DNA from: the human T2T-CHM13v2.0 reference genome, Homo sapiens
Direction: 5' to 3' (one strand)
Assembly (NCBI RefSeq): GCF_009914755.1
Contig: NC_060936.1
Length of the DNA stretch: 64,000 nt
The position numbers were made by a program, and so were the translations under genes. Below the pieces are notes generated by a model. The model saw nothing but the letters and a program-made list of their open reading frames with translations. It made no database searches and was not told where the DNA came from. Positions 52,008-64,000 of this stretch are shown in pieces; position 1 is the first letter of the stretch, and every line of letters begins with the position of its first letter.

Positions 52008-53184
52008 GGGGATGAGGATGCAAATTATGCAGAGCTGAGGACACAAGCTATTTGGTGGGTAAATATCTGGAGTGAGTTAACTTTTGGATATGTTAAGTTT
52101 GAGAAGTCTAGTAGACATCCAAGTGGGGAGATGTCAAGGAGACAGTTAAGTGCTCAGGGGAGAGTCCTGGGCTGTCTAGATAAATGTGGAAATTATTGGC
52201 ATGTAGATTGTAATTAAGCCATGAGACCAGATGAGGGAGGTATTCAGAAACAAAGAAAAGGTAAAATGATTGAGCTCTGGACTCCCCCAGGATTAGGGAT
52301 TAGGGATATGAGAAGGAGCCAGAAAAGGAGCCTAAGAAAGGAGTGGTCTTAATGCAAAGAGGAAAATCAGACAAGTTCAATTCCCTGGGAGTCAGTGAAG
52401 AAAAAGTTTCAAGGAAGATGGCATAGTCAACTGTGGTCAACTCTATCAAAAGCTAGAATAAGATGAGAACTATGGGATTTATTGTCTTTTAGTCACAAGG
52501 TAATTGATATTTTTTTAAGAATAGCTTCAGTGGAAGTGTGGGAACAAATATCTGATTGAACTGGGTTCAAGAGAAAATGGAAGAAAAGAAATAGAAGATC
52601 ATAAATATAGCCAACAAATTGAGATAATGTCATTAAAAATTACATGGAGGAAGTCCTCTTTTAGTTTCCACATTTAATCTAATCTACACATAAAATAAGC
52701 TAACAATAACCACATATAGTAAAATAAAATTGGTCATGAAAATATTTCTCCAGAATGTCTTTAACCAAAGCGACATATGATGGAAATTCATTATGCTTTA
52801 GCCATAGTGTTTTCTACATTTCCCATAGAATTAAAATATAAAGTAGTCAGTTGGTATCGATATAGTGAAGTAATTCTTAGTAATGTCACAGTACAGATCA
52901 TACTTTGTCTTCACAGAAACGTGTGGATATTATAGCTTAAATGTATACTATAAATATTTACATTTATCAAACTTAATGGTTTCTATTCTGTCTTCTTTAT
53001 GTCATATTTGTAATAAATATTCAGGTAAAAGTCAGAAAATTATAAACCTAATAAAAGTAGAAATCGTATTTACCTTACCATAACATCCCTATTGTGCTAT
53101 TGTGCAGAACAGTGGCTGTGAACGTGGTAAGTGTTCAATTAGCACTTACTGAATGAAAAAAAAGTTGCCAGTGTAAGACGTTTC

Positions 53185-53623
<439 letters not shown>

Positions 53624-53810
53624 TTATTCCTATTAAGCCAGCTCAAAAAATTGAGGTTCAGTCCTGTACAAAATCATGAATTTAAAAGCCATCAAGAATG
53701 TGGTCATTGCAAAATGTTTTATTCTTTTTTTTTTTTTTTACAGTCTTTAATTCCACAACTGCTCTGTGTCAGGCAACACTCTACAGAGAGGGGATAAACA
53801 AGTTGAGTTA

Positions 53811-53889
53811 ATTGCTGACCTGCACATGTAAAAGTGATTAAGATGGCGAATATTATGTTACATGTTTTTTACCACAATTTAAAAAGAAA
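53811..53889 (+). mobile_element. Tiny L1MB-type 3' end insertion
   Basis: GATTAAGATGGCGAATATTATGTTACATGTTTTTACCACAATTTAAAAAG; TSD AAGTTGAGTTA (53800-53810) / AAGTTGAGCTA (53890-53900). Confidence 0.7.
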
Positions 53890-54121
53890 AAGTTGAGCTA
53901 GACAGACGTTGATTGCTCTGATGGAAATGTAGGATGATGTAAATAATTAAAATAAGATATAAAAGAGAACAAACAAAATAGATTGTTATAGGTGACATGA
54001 ATGAAACAAAGAAGGGTTAATGGAATGAAGGTTTAGGGGAAGACCAACTTTAGATTAGATAGAGTGACCAGCTCTTTCTTAATTGGTGACATTGAAAGGC
54101 AATCTTAAAAGTTGAGAAGGG

Positions 54122-54542
<421 letters not shown>

Positions 54543-56149
54543 CTACTCTTTTAAAAATATTAAATGTGGACACCAATGGAAATGGCATGAATTTGGAGAG
54601 TTCACTCAAGTCTCTGATTCATGATGGGCTTGCTATGTACTAGGTGCTGGGTGTAAACCATGACTTGTATGACCAAGACAGCTCTCATGGATCTTACACT
54701 CTGATAAACGTGGTTAGATAACACTTAACTAATGAACAGAAAGTTCTACACTGTGCATTAAGTGACAAAAAGGAGAGAGGATACATAGGTGACATTTGTT
54801 AGAAAACGTGATGTGGAAGAGAACTGAAAATCTGAAATTGGTTTGAAAAGAATAAGGGAGTAATACCTAATTTATCTTTCCAAAAATAATCAGCTGCTGC
54901 ACTGCACATATAAAGAAGATGTTTATTCTTCCAGGTTTTGATTTTTCCAAGATAGTAGGATGGAGACAGAAGGGGGAAGGGAATTGATCATGTTCCAATG
55001 AATATAATTGAGTCTATTTCAATAAATAATAATAATAATGCATTATGTTATTCTGGTTGGACAAATAAAAATCCAGAAAGAGGCTTTGGATAATTAGAAT
55101 TTGGTGGTTTCAATGCATTAAAAGGCATTGTGTTACATTCGTAGGTTACTAGAATACACAAGTTCAGAGAATCAATCACCCTGGCAGGAGAGCAGGGTTT
55201 TAAAATTTTTAGACTCCACAGTTTCTAGTGAATAAATCCAACATTAATTATGTAAGTAAATAGGAGAGATGAATTAAAATAGTCATTAAAATAGAAGAAG
55301 GGAGGAAGCCAGAAGCTAAGATATTCATCTGAAAAGTGAAGTCAACAAAACTGTCAACATTAAGGGATAGGATCACATTAATGAGAAAGATAATCAGAAG
55401 GTTAATTGCTTTACATCGTAACACTCAAATTTGCTTACATTTATCATACTCTTTAAATTTGAGACCATTTAGTAAAAGCTGGTAGCAAACATTAGGTGAT
55501 ATTTATGATTACAGTAAGAAACTAATTAGAGGTTGTAAGTAAATGTGTGATTACTAATAATATCATATGTAATCATTTAATTGCTATTTAATGTTTATGC
55601 AAGTGCAATAGTTGTATTGAAATTAAAAAATATTGAGAGCACGCTTACCCTTTCCCCTAGCTGTTGTAAGAACTTGATAAGAATTAGCTAAATTAATAAA
55701 CAAAACACATTTAAATCAACAAATTTCAAGAGGTATTTTCTATAACTTCAAACTGTCTTTCTTAATTTGGAAGAACTATATGTCTCTTAGGGGAGAGGTT
55801 AACTTGAGACATCCTTTGAGAGTGTAATGAATGATAACAAGTAGGCTATAACTTATTAATCATGGCTTCATCCAATGACATCCTATCCTAGTTTAAAGGA
55901 GGAAAGTCCATTCTTATAGAACAAAATCTATTGAGTGGTAGGTATTTACTTGTTTGTAAACACTATTCATCATGAAATTTCTCTCCCTTCAAAGAAGACA
56001 GAGTTGAAAAGCGTATTCCCACATTTCATATTCCCAAAAGGACACTAAATGAAGTCTTTCTTTTTTCCCCATCATATATTAAGCACTAAGTCACTGAGAT
56101 TCCAGAGGAACACACAGATAATAACTTCTCCCTTCCGAAGAAGTAATAG

Positions 56150-56400
56150 TGAGAACAATGCATTAGAAGTCGAGTTTAATTTCAAGTGTTAGTACCTTTA
56201 CTTGCTACACTACCTTCAGTTATATACTTAAGCCACTAAATCTTAGTTTCTTTTACTTTTTGATAGTAATAACAATATTCTATCATCTTACTCACAAGGA
56301 AACTAAAATGAATTAAAATTAAATATCATGTATAGAGAAATAAGCGCATGAGCTAGCATATTATAAAAGCTCAGTAAGTTGTAGCTATTGTTTTTATTGG
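56150..56400 (+). mobile_element. MIR SINE
   Basis: TACTTAAGCCACTAAATCTTAGTTTC...CTCAGTAAGTTGTAGCTATTG. Confidence 0.65.
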
Positions 56401-57177
56401 TAATAACAAAACTTCCTTGTGAGATTGATATTGTTATGCAAATGCTTTTAATTAGTATTCCATATTACAGGATTGGAGAACAAGTCTAACTCAAGAGTTT
56501 TATATTTTGGTTTAGGGAATAGAATTAATCTCTATGTTATATTGTTTTGAGAGGGCCCCCAGAAAGCCCATTTTTTATTTTTAAGAAGACTATATCTTTC
56601 AAATAATATAGATGTTGCTCTACTTTATCAAAATTTCAATTCAGAACCTTTCCTATGGTGGTTGAAACTGAATAACTGAATTGAAACTGTGAGTTTTGTT
56701 TTATCTGTACAAAGAAAAAAGAGATCATTACCCAATGTCCTGATTGTATCCTTTGATACTTCCTTTTCAGCTGTTAGGTGATAAGCATGCCAAATTTTAC
56801 AAGTCAGAAATAAAGTGATGGTTAGACAAGAATATATAGGTGGGTTTTGGGTTTTTTTCATGTGTATTTTTATTTTTACTTTTTGTATTTATCAAGAAAT
56901 ATGTGGAAAACAGAGAAATATTTGTAAGGTCTGGCTTAAACAATTTTATTGTTTTGCACATTGTATTCAGACCAAATCTTGTTTAAAAATTATTCTAGTT
57001 TTAAAAGGAAAAATATTATACTTAAGGCTGCATGGCAATATAATAATACTTCAATATACAATGTAGCCAACCTAAGTAACCCAAGAAACTGAAACACAAA
57101 AATGAGAAAACCTGCCTACAGATAGGCGGTTACTTAATTACAAATTTATATTGTAGAACACAAAATAAAGAAAAATT

Positions 57178-57278
57178 AAGAAGAAAGAAAGGAAGGAAGG
57201 GAGGAAGGAAGGGGCATAGAGAGGAGACAGAGGGAGAAAAGGAGAAAGACAGGAAAAAGAGGGAGAGAGGGAAGAAAA
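57178..57278. repeat. GA-rich low-complexity tract
   Basis: Direct reading. Confidence 0.8.
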
Positions 57279-57464
57279 TGCATGTAATCAGGCTTCCTGC
57301 CAGGTAAACTGAACACAGGGAAGTGACTAATGTTTTTAGAATAAGATTCTGAAATGCTGAAAATATATATTGAATAGTATGAACTAATTTGGTGTATGAT
57401 GAACATTTTTATCTTTAAGGATGTTAAATAAAATGTATGAGATGTCATTGTTTTGTACTAAGCT

Positions 57465-57665
57465 GCTGCACTAGGCCCCAACAGACCAGATCAAACCAGA
57501 ATAGAGTCACTCATGCTCAATGCCATGTAATCAAACTGAACTTAAAAACAGGCTAGTTTTCCCCAAAAACAGATTCACAGCAACCAATCATAAGGGGCCC
57601 AGTCAACCTGAGCCAGCATGATAAGAATATCTTTGCATTCACCCATACAAAGAAAGTAACTTCGA
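57465..57665 (+). mobile_element. ERV1 (MER4-group) LTR 5' fragment, subfamily uncertain
   Basis: GGCCCCAACAGACCAGATCAAACCAGAATAGAGTCACTCATGC...CAGCAACCAATCA. Confidence 0.55.
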
Positions 57666-58520
57666 AAAAAATAAGGTAAATATTTTAATAGATTTTTTAA
57701 AAAGTAAAATAAATGTAAAAAAACAGGATGAACAAAATATCAAATAAATACATTATCAATATTATTAATTTTTCCTTTTGCCTTAGGCTCAAGTATGGCT
57801 CAACCTCAAAATTACTTATTGCATTATTCCAAGCTCTGGCTAAAATAAGCTTCATTAGAAGGATATTAGGTGGTTCACAGAATTGTCAGGAATTAAAAAA
57901 ACAAGTCTCAGGAAATTGATAAGAAATAAAATTATAGGCTGCCAATAAATCAATCTATATGATTATTGTACTTTTTTTCATTGGATACTTAATTACCAAA
58001 CTCTGAAATGAATATTTTTAAAATTGTCCTGCATCTTTGTATCACTCCTCTGGATTCATGGTCTTGGAAGATCAGGGCCCAGGACAGATGCTTACGTTTT
58101 AGTTGTCAGGGATTAGATAGAAATAAGTCTTACTCCTGAAGTCACCCAGTGGAAATTTCATTGAAATAACAAAAATATTTAGGTATTCAATAGTAATAAA
58201 AAGGTCTCTGTCTACTACATTCATTATTATCTGGGACTCCGGAATATATCAAAAGTGAAAGCCCATCATTGCCAGTTGTTCAAATGGAAATACAAAAAAT
58301 ACAGAAACAAACAAATTAAAAATAAAAAGGGTATTATAAAAGCAAAATTAGCCTTTAAACTTGTCATGTAGATTTCCAAATTCGGTAATAACACCAATAA
58401 TTTCAACTATAACCTAAAAAAAAGAATTTAATAGGAAACAAAAATATTCCTGAGTCATAGACTGTTTTTAGGGGGTGTTGAAAATTAGAATCATTCCTGT
58501 AGTGCTCAAACTTTTGCTTC

Positions 58521-59107
58521 TGTAGATGTGGAAAGGTGTGATACCTTTCATCACCTGTCGTAATGATTACAGCTGACACTCCTTCAACGGAAGACAGGTG
58601 AACAACAGAAATGCTTATTAATTTTATTTAATTAAAATTTTATGTGACAGGGAGCCTTCAGAAATGAAGCATGAAAGACCAAGGAAAAACTATCTATTTT
58701 TCTGCTTAGGTTTGTTGAAGAATAAACAGCCATGTAGAAATGTGATCAGACAAAAGGGCATAATCTAATGGTAACAGACTGAGGGCTGCCCCCCTCAGAC
58801 AAGCTGGGCAAAGCTTGTCTGTTCTGATTCTTCTTGGCCTCTCTGTGTAGCATTCCTCTCCGGGATGGGGCAAGTATGGGGCAGGGCCCCAATGGGAATG
58901 AGTGCCTTCAAGAAAGAAGGAGGAAGAGAGAAAGTGACTTTCCTAGGTTTGATGGCTTGCTTTGGAGGACAAAGAAGGGTGGGCGATAAGAAGTCAGGAG
59001 AAGTTCAGAAAGGCCTTCCTTCTGAGGCCTTTCCAATCTCCTCTAGTTCAAAGTACTCAGCATCACCATGTGCCATACTTTGGACTATCATCCTCTGAGT
59101 CCCAACA
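58521..59107 (-). mobile_element. MER31/MER34-like ERV1 solo LTR
   Basis: Minus strand TGTTGGGACTCAGAGG...GCTGAGTACTTTGAACTAGAGGAGATTGGAAAGGCCTCAGAAG...CTACA; 4-bp TSD CTTC/CTTA. Confidence 0.8.
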
Positions 59108-59559
59108 CTTATTAGGAAAAACAGACAAATGAAAACAGATAGACTTAAAGGGCTGTAGATGAGAAATTCAAAGGAAAATACTATACTTTCCAACTATTAT
59201 AGGTATACTAAATAAGTCATTCTGGAACATGTGTGCATATAAAGCAGATCATTAAAAAGCAACCACTTAATAGTGCACAAACAGGTCAGAAATCATGTTC
59301 CCCAAAACAAATATACGAGACAAAATTTTACCCAAATAATCATTTCAAGGCTCTGAGTATTGCTGAAATAATCAGTAAGTTGAGAAGTGTTTATTCATGG
59401 AAAAGCAATTAAAACTTTTTGGGATAAAAGCTGAGTCTGTAGCCTTCTTGCTTAGGCTGCTGCTTTTTATCCAAACCCAATTTTTTCTGTTGTTTCATCA
59501 CCCTGCTATGAAAACCAGCAGTGCCACTGCCAGAAGGACAAACTCGATTCAGGGTTGAA

Positions 59560-60685
59560 GGTGAAAATTCATGATTGGTAGCATTGTCAGTAAAAGTAAT
59601 AAATATCACAGGAAATCATGGAGAAAGCCGGAAGCTCTGTTATCCTAAAGTAGCTGTCCACATTGGTGTGCAGAGTGAAATCGGCCAAAATTTTAATGGG
59701 GAGATCTGGAAATGAGAGAACCCAAGAAACTCCAGCAATATAAGTGGCCCACACATCTCTGGCTAGGAAATTGCTTTCATGCACAGGGAGACCTGGTAGG
59801 GTCCCGTGGAAAGGAAAAGTCAAGGCATACTTGAATCCTGGGTGAACTGTTAATGGCTTTTCAGTCCACAAACAGAGCTATCAGCAGAGTATGAAAACTT
59901 TAGAGGCTCAGCTCAAAGTATTTGAGTACAACCTCTCCCCAAATCACTGGCTGAACAGTAAACAATGCAAGCACATGGGACACTCTTTAGGTTGCTAAGC
60001 TAAAAAAATAAAAATAATATATATAAATCTGAGCGGAAACATCAGTGGCTACAACAGAGGAACCAGATGCCTGAGATTAACACAAGGCAAGTTAAAAAAA
60101 AATTCTGAATTTGGTATGTTATAACTCATCCCATCTAAAATATTCAGGTTTCAACAGAAAAAATGTCAGGAAATGCATACAATCATCAAACAAACAAAAA
60201 ACCCACAGGAAGTTTTATCACATAGAAAAAAAATAGTTAATATAGACTAATTCTGAGTCCAGATATTGGACGTAGCAAACAAGAACTTCAAATAAGTTAT
60301 TATTACTATATTCAAAAAATTACAAGAGCTTTTTAAACAATTAAAATATGATGACACAATACATAAAGAATTTCAGCACATTAAATTTAAAGGAAGTCTA
60401 GAGATGAAAAATACAACAAATAAAAAACCCACTAGATAGGCTCAAAGGCAGACTTCAGAGGGCAGAATAAAGAATAGGTGAATTGTAGGAAGAACAATAT
60501 AAATTATCCTATTAGAATAACAGATAGAAAAAAAAACAAAAAGAGCTTCAGAGACCCGTGGAACAACATCAGACATGCCAATGTATGTATAATGGGAAGC
60601 TGTATGAATTTACTAAAAATCATTGAGCTGTGCATATATAATAGGCATATTTTTGTGGTATGTAAACTTCACCTTCACAAGGGTT
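59560..60685 (+). mobile_element. Ancient L1M 5'UTR/ORF1 fragment joined at ~60600 to an L1M 3' terminus
   Basis: CAGATATTGGACGTAGCAAACAAGAACTTC; CTTCAGAGACCCGTGGAACAACATCAGAC (ORF1 RDPWNNIR); then CTAAAAATCATTGAGCTGTGC...GGTATGTAAAC 3' end. Confidence 0.7.
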
Positions 60686-60742
60686 TTATTTTTTTGGCTT
60701 CAATTATTTTTCTTGTTGCTTCTATTAATGACATTTATATTA

Positions 60743-60840
60743 TAGGTTGGTACAGAATTCATCGTGGTTTTTGCCATTACTTTTAATTGTTTTTAATTAC
60801 TTTTAATGGCAAAAACTGAAATGAATTTCACACCAACCTA
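60743..60840. mobile_element. MADE (MADE2-like) mariner MITE with an expanded centre
   Basis: ~37-bp inverted repeats TAGGTTGGT...TTTTTGCCATTA / TAATGGCAAAAA...ACCAACCTA. Confidence 0.9.
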
Positions 60841-61169
60841 GGATTAATTAATTTAATTTTCTATATGTATTGCCTATTTTATACTAAAGAAATATGTAAA
60901 GACAATGTTGAAAAAATATACATGATATTCACATAATTGGTAGGGTCTGAGTTAAATATTATCCAGAATGGCATTGGCCAGGATAATTTCTTTACCAGAA
61001 AGAATAAATATAAGTTCCTTAACTGTAATATAAACTTGAATTTTCTGTTTCAGTAAATTTCTTTATATTGGCATATGATTATAGAACTTCTGTAACCTTG
61101 GCTTTACATATAACTTTTCCCCAAAATAAAACTTTATTTTTTAAGCAAATATTTTTTTCAGATGAACAT

Positions 61170-61450
61170 CAAAAGTGAGTCCCACAACCATTTCCAGTTC
61201 TCTAGTCTCAGCCACCTGCATTTCCATCCTGCTTCATTGTAACATCTTTCAAATTAATATCTCACCATCTGCTCTTGTGCCACTCTTCTATGTTTGCTTT
61301 AAAAATACAAAATCATCTTACTTGATGATTGATCATCTTACTTCTGATTTTAAACCCTTGAATGACACCTCAGTGCTTTTCAGGTAAAGGCAAAATCCTT
61401 TCCATGTTCTGTAGGGCCGTGCCTAGTTTTCCAGTCAATGCCACAACATT
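61170..61450 (+). mobile_element. L2 LINE fragment
   Basis: CTCTAGTCTCAGCCACC; GATCATCTTACTTCTGATTTTAAACCCTTGAATGAC; GGTAAAGGCAAAATCCTT. Confidence 0.6.
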
Positions 61451-61454
61451 CGTA

Positions 61455-64000
<2,546 letters not shown>

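Larger units (their letters stand above)
49960..52620 (-). mobile_element. L2 LINE, fragmented by the BC200 copy, L1PA and MLT1C
   Basis: CTCATTCAACAAA terminus; TGACATTTTAGCAGATACCTGAA; TTTTGGATATGTTAAGTTTGAGAAGTCTAGTAGACATCCAAGTGG; TCAAGGAAGATGGCATAGTCAAC. Confidence 0.75.

Overview
This is AT-rich, non-coding primate DNA, almost certainly human (near-consensus AluYc-type elements, an HERV-H provirus and a BC200 retrocopy). I find no host protein-coding exon: every ORF in the track is either spurious or a decayed L1, HERV-H or Alu frame. The main feature is a two-LTR HERV-H provirus on the minus strand (39713-46067). It is the common internally deleted ~6.3-kb form, with a tRNA-His PBS, a PPT and an intact major splice donor, and it is nested inside a MER57 solo LTR. 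The rest is layered TE debris: old L1M and L2/MIR, MaLR/ERVL/ERV1 solo LTRs, Tigger/hAT/mariner MITEs, six Alus and an L1PA running off the right end. I cannot support a new gene system here. The notable signals are small mechanistic fossils: a TSD-flanked orphan mRNA 3'UTR retrocopy (279-623), a tailless BC200 retrocopy ending inside its unique domain (50038-50203), a ~44-nt L1 carrying a 19-nt 3' transduction (49421-49515), templated-insertion repair scars (10539-10683, 21950-22021, 24232-24427), an MLT2A LTR with a perfect DUX4 site plus TATA and splice donor, and two neighbouring AluYc-type elements, one lacking a TSD. Repeat family names come from recalled consensus sequences, not from a search, and boundaries of old elements are approximate.
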